From: Octopus vulgaris
Lineage: Eukaryota
Direction of reading: 5' to 3'
DNA: 64,000 nucleotides
NCBI GenBank assembly: GCA_951406725.2
Contig: OX597820.1
Coordinates: 118,358,001 to 118,422,000, forward strand
The position numbers and the translations under genes were made by a program. Below, piece by piece: positions 51,250-63,658 of the stretch. Each line of letters starts with the position of its first letter. The first letter of the stretch is position 1. The notes below the pieces were generated by a model that worked only from the letters and a program-made list of their open reading frames with translations, had not been told where the DNA came from and made no database searches.

Positions 51250-52130
51250 GTATGTTTGTATGTATGTATGTATGTATGTATGTATGTATGTATGTATGTA
51301 TGTATGTATGTATGTATGTATGTATGTATGTATGTATGTATGTATGTATGTATGTATATATGTATGTATGCGTGTGTATGTATGTATGTATGTATGTATG
51401 TATGTATGTATGTATGTATGTATGTATGTGTATGTATGTATGTATGTATGTATGTATGTATGTATGTATGTATGTATGTATGTATGTATGTATGTATGTG
51501 TGTATGTATGTATGCATGTATGTATGTATGTATGTATGTATGTATGTATGTATGTATGTATGTATGCATGTATGTATGTATGTATGTATGTATGTATGTA
51601 TGTATCTGTGGCTGTATGTATGCATGTATGCATGTATGTATGTATGTACGTATGTATGTATGCATGCATGCATGCATGTATGTATACATGTATGTATGTA
51701 TGCATGTATATATGTATGTATACATGTATGTATGTATGTATGTATGCATGTATGTATGTATGTATGTATGTATGTATGTGTGTATGTATGTATGTATGTA
51801 TGCATGTATGTATGCATGTATGTATGTGTGTATGTATGTATGTATGTATGCATGTATGTATGTGTGTATGTATGCATGTATGTATGCATGTATGTATGTA
51901 TGTATGCATGTATGCAAGTATGTATGTATGTATGCATGTATGCAATTATGTATGTATGCATGTATGTATGTATGTATGCATGTAGGCATGTATGTATGTA
52001 TGTATGCATGCATGCATGTATGTATGCATGTATGTATGTATGTATGCATGCATGCATGTTTGCATGCATGTATGTATGTATGCATGCATGTATGTATGCA
52101 TGTATGTATGTACGTACGTATGCATGTCTG
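51250..52130. repeat. (TATG)n/(CATG) microsatellite of about 880 bp
   Basis: Directly visible. Confidence 0.97.
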
Positions 52131-52574
52131 TCTATACACACACATATATCAGTCAATGTATGCAAGTATAAAGATACGAAGTACTAATATTTTTATTCTC
52201 TGGAGACGCGAGTCCAGACAAGCTTTTACAACACGCCTTTTATCTGCAAGCAACCCTCAGGGTCTATTTGCGAATTAGGGTGCTGGTGCAAGAGAAATTA
52301 GGAGGGAATAAAAAAGAAAAAGATAGATGTAAAAAGTGGAAGAATGAATAAGAACTTTTTTTTCTCATAGTTCATTTTTGCTTGAGTTGATTTTTTTTAT
52401 GAATTACGTTAGTGCCTTGCTGGGATTGAAATCGGAACCTGTAGGTAACTGAACTGCCTTAAACAACGCCTTTATCTACTCCTCTATGCCTATAGGCAGT
52501 GACAGGGGTGTTACTAAAGATAGAGAGCAGAATGAGGATAATGTAACCCCCACGCTGAAGATCAACGCACTAGG

Positions 52575-52705
52575 TTAGGTTCGAAATTCCGATACAACAA
52601 CCCAAGACACCCGAAGAAGGCTGGAGAATACAACAGGCGAAATGTAGTGACAACAACAATCAGGACGAGGACAATAGTTCGACCAATATAAATAAGATAC
52701 ATAAT
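52575..52705 (+). mobile_element. Old family H / Penelope pLTR-like tail with degenerate hammerhead
   Basis: ggttcgaaatt..cccaagacac-ccgaaga-a-ggctg..caggc-gaaat-gta-gtg..caacaacaa..gaggacaa. Confidence 0.6.
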
Positions 52706-52754
52706 ATAAATTCTTCATCTCACCAATAAAGAATTGTAAATTATATAAATTTAT

Positions 52755-53193
52755 TTTTGACTTTTGACTTGTTTCAGTCATTAGACTGCGGCCATGCTGG
52801 AACACTACCTTGAATTTTAGTCGAACGAATTGACAACCCAGTACTTGTTTTGTTTAAAATATGGTACTTATTGAATCGGTTTCTGTTGCCAAACCGCTAG
52901 GTTACGGGGACTTAAATAAACCAACACCGGTTCTCAAGCAGTGGTGTGAAACAAGCATAAAAACAAAGACACAAACACAAACACAAACACGGCGACATAC
53001 ATACACAATCATATACGCAGCCACACAGACACGGTATGCTTCTTTCAGTTTCCGTCTACTAAATCCACTCACAAAGCCTTGATCGTCCTGAGACTATAGT
53101 AGAAGTCACTTGCCTAAGGTGCCACGCACTAGGCCTGAACCCGGGACCAGTTGGTTTAGAAGAAAATTTCTACTATACTGCCCTCTCTACGCC

Positions 53194-53197
<4 letters not shown>
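52755..53197 (-). mobile_element. SINE family B, old copy
   Basis: cttgtttcagtcattagactgcggccatgctgg...tttcagtttccgtctactaaatccactcacaa. Confidence 0.8.
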
Positions 53198-53254
<57 letters not shown>

Positions 53255-53259
<5 letters not shown>

Positions 53260-54706
53260 CTTGATCAACATGACCGACCAGTCCGTCGGGCGTCCATTTG
53301 ACACAGCTGGTCACAGCATGCTGTCTACTCCTCTCTGGATCGCGCCTTTTTCATCCACGTGGTCCCAATCGCCCTCCTAAAATCGTAACTCCACCATCGT
53401 GGAGGCCTTCCGGGTGGTCGTTTCCGCTCGCGCGGGTACCACTCGTCAACTGCGCGGGCCCACCAATTATCGGTGAGCCGGGTGACGTGTCCAGCCCATC
53501 TAAACTTGCTGCGTGTATACTCTGCGATGAAATCCTCACGCCGCACTTCTTTCTGATGATCTCGTTACTGATGTGCTCTCTCAACAAGATACCAAGCATT
53601 GACCTTTCCATGACTCTTTGCGCCGTTATCAGTCTCTGCTCTTCTCTCTTTGTTGTAGCCCATGTTTCGCTACCATATAACATTGCAGGTAGAACTGTAC
53701 TGTTGATGAGGTTGGTGCGGGTGGTCCTGTCCAACCTTCCCTTGAGCACATCCCTTATGCCATTAAACGCCTTCCATCCGGCCCTTTCTCTCCGTGAGAT
53801 CTCCTTTTCGATATCTCGGCACATATTCAATTCCTGTCCCAGTTAGACATATTCCTTTACCTCCTCTATTTCATTACTGCCGATCACCATTCGATCTATT
53901 GGTACGTTGTCTGACCGCATGGACTTCGTTTCCATGCGGTTCGTCTTGAGACCTACTGCAGAGCTTTTGATGTCGAGTTCCGTCAGCATGGTCTGAAGCT
54001 GATCCGTGGTTTCAGCGATGATTACGATGTCATCAGCGAAACGGAGATGGGTGAGTAGCTCGACATTGATGTTGACACCGCCTTGCCAGTCGATGCCTCT
54101 GATGATCTGCTCGAGACATGCGGTGAAATGTTTTGGAGACATCGCATCTCCTTGCTTCACTCCCCTCTCGACTGGCACTCGTACGAGTGATGACAACAGA
54201 GCTATGTTGGTGGTGCATCCGGAATTTGCCTACCTGACTCCTTGCCTCTGCAGCGAGTTCAGCATTGCGTTGGTTTCGACGCTGTCGAAGACCGTCTCAT
54301 CGTCTACAAACGCAGCGCAAAGAGGCAGCTTGTACTCATTCTCTCGCTCAAGCAGTTGTATTAGAGTTAATATATGGTCCATCGTTCTGTAGTTCTTCCC
54401 TCGGTTGTTGTTCGCCGAGATGACGTGACAACCTGTTCAGAATTATATTTGTGAAAAGCTTGTACACGTGAGACAGTAGGCATATGAGTCGGTAGTTCTT
54501 AAGATCATCTCTATCGCCGTTCTTATATAGTAGGATGGTCTTTTCATTACGAGGGAATTCTTCCCTCGTCTAGATAATGCGTGAATTTTCCAGAGCTGCT
54601 CTCTGCCTGACTTTAACACCTCCGATGTTATACCGTCTTTCCCTGGCACCTTTCAGTTTTTCGTCAGTCCGATGGCTCTTTCGACCTTACTGACAAGCAT
54701 AGGTGG
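53255..54706 (-). mobile_element. 5'-truncated RTE-1-like LINE (RT to 3' end), flanked by (TA)n on both sides
   Basis: PGKDG, FDSVE, RGVKQGD.MSPK.F, HLRFADDIV, LPAMLYGSETW, RWAGHV.R, RPPGRPP.RW with stops and frameshifts. Confidence 0.95.
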
Positions 54707-54737
54707 ATATATATATATATATATATATAGATATATA

Positions 54738-54927
54738 AAGTTAATCTAAACAAGAAAACACAAAAAAACACAACAATGCGAGGACCTGGAACAAATATAG
54801 TATTATTGGACGCTCAGGAAAGATGGGAAGAAGGAGGGTTTAACGTTTCGAGCGGAGCTCTTCGTCGGAAACATAGGAGAAGGAAAGATCTAGAGAAGGG
54901 AAGACAGAGGAAAATAAATCGCCAACG

Positions 54928-54931
<4 letters not shown>
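54738..54931 (-). mobile_element. ~190-bp non-coding element in (TA)n carrying a hammerhead-like motif (54838-54872)
   Basis: GUUU-CCGACGA-A-GAGC(ucc)GCUC-GAAAC-GUU-AAAC on the minus strand. Confidence 0.55.
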
Positions 54932-55011
<80 letters not shown>

Positions 55012-55013
<2 letters not shown>

Positions 55014-55315
55014 GGAGGCCCAGTGGTTAGGGCAGCGGACTCGCGGTTGTAGGATCGCGGTTTCGCTTGCCAGACCGGGCGTTGTGAGTATTAATTGAGC
55101 GAAAACACCAAAAGCTCCACGAGGCTCCGGCAGGGGGTGTTGGCGGCCCTGCTGTACTCTTTCGCCACAAATTTCTCTCACTCTTTCTTCTGTTGGCCTG
55201 CTCGCTTAGCCAGCGGGGTGGCGTCATTTGAAGGCTAAAACAATGCGAAGCGCATTGTGACCAGCGACGTGTAGCAACATCTGATAGCCTGGTCGGTCAC
55301 GGTGATCACGGTGAT
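55012..55315 (+). mobile_element. Family C-head SINE with RTE-1-derived tail, in (TA)n
   Basis: Head tggaggcccagtggttagggcagcggactcgcgg; tail tgtgaccagc...ctggtcggtcacggtgatcacggtgat. Confidence 0.88.
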
Positions 55316-55676
55316 ATATATATATATATATATCCGGTGATAATCTTGATGTCTTACATTTATTACGGTTTCCTTGATATTAAACCTTCTGCAACGATGA
55401 ACTTATTCTCACCCTTCAGAACACCCAAAAACTAATACCAGAGCCACCTCACCGGCACCAGCAGCACCATCAGCACCACCATCAGTATCAGCGGCACCGA
55501 CGGCACCAACACTCTGACCATCCTCATCAGCTTCAATACTAACTCCACCTATAAACTATAATTGAATTCACACTTTAACGTTGCATGCTTCCATTAAACG
55601 TATTTATGGTGCCCTAGCGGAACTATTTTATAACTTTGCTACACACACACACGCACACATATACACACACACACAC

Positions 55677-55709
<33 letters not shown>

Positions 55710-55924
55710 CACGCATAGACATAAACACATACACACATACACACACACACATATATATATATATATTTGTATATATCCTTTTATTCATGCTTCCACTTGT
55801 TACTTTAGCCTTTTCTATTTTTATGCTGTTTCCTCAAATATAACTTAGTTAATTGTTTTGAGATAGGAAAGCCTTGTGATATTTCCCCGACCATGAATAA
55901 TAATAACAATAGCAACAACAACAA

Positions 55925-56010
<86 letters not shown>

Positions 56011-56044
56011 ATAATAATAATAATAATAATAATAAGAAGAAGAA

Positions 56045-56428
56045 GAAGAAAAAATTGCTTTCTAATTGATGTATCAATACAGGCAGATGACAACGTGTCT
56101 CTAAAAGAAATGGAGAAACTTTCAAAATACAAAGACCTGGAAATAGAGGTAACCAGAATGGGGAATCTGAAAACAGAAACAATCCTTATCACAATAGGCA
56201 CATTAGGCATGATAAAAAAATATTCAGACAAATACATAACAAAAACACCAGGTCTTACAAACACATATAACATACAGAAAATTGCACTACTGGGTACTGC
56301 ACACATCCTACGCAGAATACTTTCCATACAATAACCATCAGAGCATCACAACAAATCACAGCACATACCCAAGGCACACAGAGCTGCGCTCGGTAGCGAA
56401 GTGAAAGCACGATATAAAAAATATACTA

Positions 56429-56432
<4 letters not shown>
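56045..56432 (+). mobile_element. R4/Dong-type 3' end within a (TAA)n tract
   Basis: CFLIDVSIQADDNVSLKEMEKLSKYKDLEIEV...KIALLGTAHILRRILSIQ*, ~100-nt UTR, (AAT)n on both sides. Confidence 0.9.
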
Positions 56433-56498
<66 letters not shown>

Positions 56499-56911
56499 GC
56501 TTCGAATAAGCCAGTACTTCGGGAGGAGGAAATAGTGTGATTATATTAATCCTGTGCTCATTCGGGACTTATTTTATCAACCCTTGTAGGATGAAGGGTA
56601 ACGACGACCCTGCTGAATTTGAATGACTTATATTCTCCTGGCTTCATTTGTGATCCCCTTTTCATGTGCCCCTTGAGTAAAACATTGAAGGATGACAAGC
56701 GGCCGTAGAGATACTGTCTCCTATCCGATTAATCTATAGACAGGGTGACTCTACAGATGAAAGTGATTCTAAAATTGTCTTGTAAATTTATTAAATATTA
56801 AATATTTAAGTATTTTCAGACTTGATACGAGCTGGGGCAGATATGAAGAAAAAATCATTACCAACATCATCATCATGAAATGCCCTTCAAACGCATTTTC
56901 TCTGAAACAAT

Positions 56912-57066
56912 CGGCTGTGTGGTAAGTAGCTTGCTAACCAACCACATGGTTCCGGGTTCAGTCCCACTGCGTGGCATCTTGGGCAAATGTTTTCTGCTAT
57001 AGCCCCGGGGCGACCAATGCCTTGTGAGTGGATTTGGTAGACAGAAACTGAAAGAAGCCTGTCGTA

Positions 57067-57141
<75 letters not shown>

Positions 57142-57356
57142 GTTTGTGTGTCTGTGTTTGTCCCCCTCGCATTGCTTGACAACCGATGCTGGTGTGTTTA
57201 CGTCCCCGTCACTTAGCGGTTCGGCAAAAGAGACCGATAGAATAAGTACTGGGCTTACAAAGAATAAGTCCCGGGGTTGATTTGATCGACTAAAGGCGGT
57301 GCTCCAGCATGGCCGCAGTCAAATGACTGAAACAAGTAAAAGAGTAAAAGAGTAAA
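56912..57356 (+). mobile_element. SINE family B
   Basis: Near full-length match. Confidence 0.92.
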
Positions 57357-57899
57357 CTCGTGCTTACTTCATTACAGCCATTATTTGTTATAAATCTTCT
57401 TTGATGGCATTCCACATTCCTTTCCGCTGTCAAAAAGTTTCCTTTTTATTCTTTGTCTCTTTGGACACGTGAAAACAGAGAATCAAACTTCCTGCTTCAA
57501 ATTGCACATGTTTTGGTTCCTAGTCTGGTCTCTCGAAAAGTCTGTGTGCATTTGTTAGTCAGTTCTGCAAGAATGTGAGAGGTCAGCGTGATTAACGTCC
57601 GTCTTTAATACTTGCAAAAGAAGCTTAGATTGAATTCGGTGGCTGTAGATAAACTGCTTCAAAATATGTGACGTGAGGGTCTCACTTGGAACATCTCTGG
57701 TAATAATATCCGCAGGATCAACAGCAGCAGAATCAGCATCCCCATAACAGTGACAGATTTACAAAGCTTCTAATTTAAATATGAAAAGAAAAATAACCAG
57801 GAAGGGAAAGCGACAGATTGAACTGAGAAATACTGGGACATGAAGTGGCTATTGATAAAGAGAAACCGATGGTTATCAATTTATGAAAGAAAGCTCTAA

Positions 57900-58036
57900 C
57901 TATTATTTACATTATTTACATTTCACGGATCTTGTTTGATGTTAACACAATGTTTCGGCTGATATACCCTCCAGCCTTCATCAGGTGTCTTGGGGAAATT
58001 TCGAACTTGGGTTCTCATTCCTAAGGTATTTTTCGA

Positions 58037-58085
<49 letters not shown>
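57900..58085 (-). mobile_element. Family H 3' half (hammerhead 57945-57988 + (AAT)n)
   Basis: ACAC-CUGAUGA-A-GGCUG..CAGCC-GAAAC-AUU-GUGU with perfect stem II. Confidence 0.82.
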
Positions 58086-58086
<1 letters not shown>

Positions 58087-59753
58087 TATGTTTGACTTTT
58101 GCTTTATATTTGTACAAGTTGGCTCCAAGTCTCACCCAGAGACCTCAAGAGACAACAGGGTTGGAAGTTCATGTTGTTGTTATGCCTAGTGTGCCATATA
58201 TTTGGGGGGTGGGGATGTTGTACTAATGAATGTCTAAAAATAAAAAAAAATAAAAAAATAAAAAAAAAAGGTTTTTTTTTTTTTTTTGGTTTTTCTTTTT
58301 AAACCGAAAATTATGTTTGTTTTAAACCTTGAGATTACATAGAGAGTATTTTGCGTAGGATATGAGCAGTTCCCATGAGCACTATCTTTTGAACTTCTGC
58401 CATTTTTGGGTTTCCTGGTATCTGAGTTAGGTAGCTATCAGCCCCTTTTGCTATCATTCCCAGGGCACCTATGACAACAGGTATTGTTTTAGTCTTCAGC
58501 TTCCACATTTTGCTGATTTCTATTTCAAGATCTTTATATTTGCTCAGTTTTTGGTAGGTCTTGACAGATACGTTTATATCGATTGGGACAGTCATATCAA
58601 TGAGGAGGCATGTTCTTTGTTTGAAGTTTTTCAATATGATGTCTGGCCTATTTGCATCTATCTTCCTGTCAGTTTGAATGGTGAAGTTCCAGAGGAGTGA
58701 GATGTGGTCATTTTCAAGCACTGGGGGTGGTTTGTGTTCCCACCAGTTTTTTTCATGGGGCAAATCCAGGTTTTTACAGATTACCCAGTGAATATATTGT
58801 GCAGCTCTATCGTGCCTGTTGAGATACTCTGTAGGCGCTAGAAGACTGCACTTGGAGACCACATGGTCAATGGTTTCATTTTGTTGCTTGCATACACGAC
58901 ACGTTGGACTGCTTCTGATCTTTAATATGTTGGCCTGGTAGTTTCTTGTTGGTAGGCATTGATCTTGAGCTGCTATGATAAACCCCTCTGTTTCAGATTT
59001 TAAGCCAGAGGCCATTAGCCATTGATGGGTCAGGGCTTTGTCGATATCTGCATTATTCGCTCTCTTTGGGTATTTGCCATAGAGAGGTTTTTCTTGCCAT
59101 TTATTATTCAGAATATCTAAGGCCGCAGTTTTGGCACGGGTTTTCATGCGCCTAGCTTTTTCTGTGCTTGTTTCTTGTATATCTATCTCCGAAATTGGTT
59201 GTATTCGGAATTCACTTAGATATTCCTTTGCCTGTTTTGTGACTGAGTATGATGCTTTCTTGTTTTCATGTTTTGAGACAAGTTTTAGCATCCAGTCCTC
59301 AGAGTTTTTCAGGTAGGTGTCTAGGCCAATTGTAGCAATCTTCATTGTTATTGCCAGTTGCAAAAGACCACGGCCTCCCTCTTTTCTTGGCAGATAGAGT
59401 CGTTCTGTATCTGCCTTAGGGTGGTGCATTCTATGCATTGTCAACAGTTTCCTTATTTTTCTGTCGAGCTGACATATTTCAGTAATTGACCAGTTAACAA
59501 TATTGAAACTGTAAGTCACGACTGGTATAGCTAATGCATTGATTGCTTCGATCCTGTTTCTTGCATTCAGCTCTGTCTTGAGTATTGCTCTCACTCTTCG
59601 ATAGCATTCTCTCCTGATCCTTTCCTTCATCTCTGAATGCCTTATTCCGTTCCCTTCAATTATCCCTAGGTACTTGTAGCTCTCCGCTGGGTCTAGTTCT
59701 TTTATGACATTCTGTTGGTCAAGGTTAACGTTAGATGTTTCTGTCATTTTTCC

Positions 59754-59755
<2 letters not shown>
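58086..59755 (-). mobile_element. Young 5'-truncated R4/Dong-type retrotransposon inserted in the (AAT)n of a family H copy
   Basis: (TTA)n on both sides (58040-58085 and 59756-59815); intact ORF end plus ~250-nt 3' UTR. Confidence 0.95.
58335..59755 (-). CDS. R4/Dong ORF C-terminal ~470 aa: RT C-terminus/thumb, CCHC knuckle, PD-(D/E)xK restriction-like endonuclease (5'-truncated, probably non-functional)
   Basis: YKYLG, LYLPRKEGGRGL, ETEGFIIAAQDQ, CRVC..ETIDHVVSKC, RHD, RPDI..LIDMTVP..KLSKYKDL, GTAHILRKIL; no stops or frameshifts. Confidence 0.9.
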
Positions 59756-59819
<64 letters not shown>

Positions 59820-59850
59820 ATCACTGCTTGGAATCGAACTCGGAACCTGT
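59756..59850 (-). mobile_element. Family H 5' part ((AAT)n + B box; A box truncated)
   Basis: ttcagatcactgcttggaatcgaactcggaa matches 1801-1831 ttcaggtcattgcctggaatcgaactcagaa. Confidence 0.78.
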
Positions 59851-60030
59851 GGGGTGAAGGTAAAATAATTGACAGAGAACACCACTGGAAAATACGAAAA
59901 CTAAAAGAAGCAGCACATATGCTAGGACACAATAACATCCTAAGCAGACCGAGTGCAGATATGAATAGCATATGGGAACCGGTATTAAGGAAGGATAGGA
60001 ATATATTAGATTTATATTCTTCAAAAAGTT
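59847..60030 (+). mobile_element. Penelope-like GIY-YIG endonuclease C-terminal fragment
   Basis: LWGEGKIIDREHHWKIRKLKEAAHMLGHNNILSRPSADMNSIWEPVLRK resembles the PLE motif W...KI+D+E..W..RK+KEA......N.IW.P++. Confidence 0.72.
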
Positions 60031-60249
60031 AACTTTGTTGTGAAAAAAATGAGATCACAAAATTCTGCCGAAACTCATGCGGCATAAACATCTCAAAAGA
60101 CATTATTATTATGTTGATGATTCACTACCAAGAAATATGAGATTTTTGTTGGTTGAAAGGAAGAAATAATAAGCTAGTCGTTTACACTGAACATATTACA
60201 AATTTCTCACTCGAAATGAGTGAAAATAAGAATATAAAATCGAATTTCT

Positions 60250-61300
60250 CAATACACACACACAAAAAAAACCCCGGAAGTAACTAAGAGGTCTACTAAA
60301 GAAATAAATTATAATTTAAGATAGAGGTAGTACTACTTTATCCTGCACATAAATTATTGTACATAACGTGTTCTTGAAACACTGGAAAATAATTATTAGG
60401 GAAAATGAAGATCATAAGCAACATACAATAATGGTAGATATTAAATATTTTAAATACGTATTATAACTGTTTCACTATTATAACTTTAGACACAAAACTA
60501 ATGAAAAATACACCAATATAAAGCTATAATTGATGTAAAATCTCTAAAACAACATATATCATATTTCTCTTTCCAGACGATCTAAAATTAAAACAGATTA
60601 TGGCAGGTCCAGCATGTGAAACGCTATTTTGAACTTGCTGTTGATGCGAGCCAAATTATTATTTCTTTGATCTTGTTACTTAATACATTAATACACCTTA
60701 CGATTGGTGGGATTCAAAACATTTTGAATTACTTGTAGAATACATTGAACAAAAATTAGATTAAGATGTATGTTACAAAATAAATATTTCGTATTCGATA
60801 ATTGAAGGTACCTAAAATATCAGGGACTGCAATGGGTAGTAAAGTCACACCCACTTATGCCAACTTTGTGTCGGGTTATCATGAGAAAAATATATGACGA
60901 ACCTCTACAAACATTTGGAAACACGTTTTGCACTTTTTAAAAACATATCTGGAAATGATATCAGGTGACGGCTTCATTTTATGATCGGATAATTTTGGTA
61001 AACAATGGAATTTGAAAATCTTATCAACAACATAAACCTTACTATTCTATTCACGATGAATTTCAACCAGCAGGAACTGCCATTTTCTTCATGATTCAAT
61101 TATGAAAACAGAATGGAAAATAGAAACAGGCATGTACAATAAAGTGGTATCTTCTTTTCACAACCTGTCATCCTTAATATATTAGAACGAACATATCTTT
61201 CAACCTTACAAAAACAATTTTCACAACGGATTCGCAAACTAAAAAAAAATAAATGTTTCAAAGAATGGACGAATTGAATATAAAAGTTCTTATTTATTTT
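60250..61300 (+). mobile_element. Highly decayed Penelope-like RT
   Basis: PDDLKLKQIMAGPACET, SFDLVT, ISGTAMGSKVTPTYANFVSGYHE, DGFIL, INNIN.TI.FTM...ELPF. Confidence 0.78.
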
Positions 61301-61369
61301 TGAAGATTCAGCAAGTTTTTTCCACGGAATTGAGCTTTTTCCTCTTTTTGTTTGTAATATCTTTTTTTT

Positions 61370-61772
61370 TTTGTCTTTTATCATTTACATGTTGCAGTCA
61401 TTAGACAGCGGCCATGCTGGAGTAGCCCTGGAGAAATTTAGTCGAACAAATCAACCCCAGAACATTTTTAAAGACTGGTACTTAATTTATTGGGTCTTTT
61501 CGCTGAAACGCTAAGTTATGAGGACGTAAATACACTAACACAGGTTGTAGGGGACAAACATAGGTTTTAGGGGACAAACACATACACACACGCACACACA
61601 CATACACAATTATTCTTTCAGTTTCCGCCTACCAAATCCACTCACAAGTCTTTGGCTGGTCCGAGGCTAGAGTAGAAGACACTTGGCGGAGCTGTCATGC
61701 AGAGGGATTGAACCTGGAATATTGTAGTTGCGAACTAAACTTCTTACCACACAATCACTACAGGCGCCTACA
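61370..61772 (-). mobile_element. SINE family B, old copy
   Basis: cagtcattagacagcggccatgctgg...ttcagtttccgcctaccaaatccactcacaag...cttaccacac..caggcgcc. Confidence 0.75.
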
Positions 61773-62318
61773 TAGCATGTATTTGAAATGAGTTCTGTAA
61801 ACATACGTACATGAACCCAACACACAAAGGTATACACACGCGCGCACACACACATACACACACACACATGTATATTGGAAGTCGATTCCAAAGCAGTCAG
61901 TACTGAAACAATGTTGAAGCAAGCATTTAATTGTTGGGAATTTCTACAGAAAAGGAAAGTAAAAATTAATGAGACGCAGTTTTAATAATAATAATAAAAC
62001 GTTCTACGTATGATTTCAAAGGATTAGGAATATATTTTTTGGAAAAAAAACACGGAAAAAGAAAATTGCATAGATTAGATATTCAGGTGAAGAACTTAGG
62101 AAAGGAGATAGGAGTGGAATGATGAAGAATTAGCAGAGATGTGGGTCACGCGATTGGTTACTTTAAACAGAAGTACGAGAGGAATTTCTGTATAGCAATA
62201 ACATGGAAGTACGGAATCGAGGTAAAGAATTAATGCCATAATCCTAGGTAGACAATGTTTGAATTGGAAGTTGATGGGTCATGGCCGGAATACATTTGAT
62301 AATATATCTATGTTCGAA

Positions 62319-62716
62319 AGCGGCGAGCTGGCAGAAACGTTAACACGCCGGGCGAAATGCTTAGCGGTGTTTTGCCTGCCGTTACGTTCTGAGTTCAAAT
62401 CCCGCCGAGGTCGACTTTGCCTTTCATCCTTTCGGCGACGATAAATTAAGTACCAGGTACGCACTGGGGTCGATGTAATCGACTTAATCCGTTTGTCTGT
62501 CCTTGTTTGTCTCCTCTATGTTTAGCCCCTTGTGGGTAATAAAGAAATAGGTATTTCTTCTGTCTTTACGTTCTGAGTTCAAATTCCGCCGAGGTTGACT
62601 TTGCCTTTCATCCTTTCAGGGTCGATAAATTAAGTACCAGTTGCGCACTGGGGTCGATCTAATGGACTGGTCCCCTCCCCCAAAAATTTCGGGCCTTGTG
62701 ACTAGAGTAGAAAAAA
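62319..62716 (+). mobile_element. SINE family A heterodimer (T1 + T2)
   Basis: Head, core + T1 tail, then ggtatttc restart, core + T2 tail (cccctcccccaaaaatttcgggccttgtg). Confidence 0.9.
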
Positions 62717-63345
62717 ATTTTTTTATGCTCGTTCAGGGCTCTGACAAATCGCAACGATCCCAACAATGACGAAGCTGTGATTAGTCAACGGACATACAAA
62801 GAATGACCGCCAACACTCACACCGATTCTACCCCCCATCCCCAACGTCTTCTACTAAGAAAGACTAAATAATGCTGTACTGAATTCCACGTCCAATTGTA
62901 AAAGTCTGGGCTTCATGTCTGCAGCGCTTTTTATAATGTGTTTTCTCAATGGTTAGGGATGAGCGTCAAATCAACGACAGCCTTGCGAGCCACAATATAA
63001 AAGGAACAAAAACAAAAAAAAGAGAAACAACGTCTACAGCAAAATTTTCATGAAGAATATATCAATAAAACACCAAATATCACACAAAAAAAAAGACAAT
63101 AAAAAAATCACAGACAGTGAAAGCAAACACAACAAAAATACTAACAGTGTTCCCAACAGGTATAAAGACAACAACAACAAGAGCAAGAACAAGAATAACA
63201 ACAACAATGATAGCAGAATCGGTAGAAGAAGTGTCTTCATATGTATAAGTAATAGACAAACAGCACCAAGAAAAAGAACGACAACAGCGCCGCAGACAAC
63301 AACGCCAACGACGACGACCACAAGAGTTACAACAGCAGTTGCAGT

Positions 63346-63377
<32 letters not shown>

Positions 63378-63579
63378 TAGCTGCGTAACGGCTGCAGCAC
63401 GAGAGGCAGCAGGAGCAATATTGATGATATGTTTAAAATCGATATGTTGTTCCACAGTAATTGGATTTTGCCACAAGGAAGCGAGAGTAATAGGAACTCA
63501 TAAATAAACTGTTAAACTATTTATTTATTTCACACATAGGACCATCCATCCACGCAGATACACGTATGCAGATATTAAT

Positions 63580-63625
63580 ATATTTACATACATACACACA
63601 CCCACACAAACCCACAGGCACACAG

Positions 63626-63658
<33 letters not shown>

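Noticed and set aside
58335-59885. 516-aa ORF as a chimeric functional gene with a poly-Asn linker
   Set aside because: The N-terminal ~45 codons come from a GTG start in flanking sequence, the SINE head and the (AAT)n target. The RT catalytic core is missing, so the open frame reflects a young insertion.
63034-63420. N/T/A-rich ORFs as a coding exon
   Set aside because: Degenerate (CAA)/(CAG) low-complexity sequence with no domain or clear splice structure.
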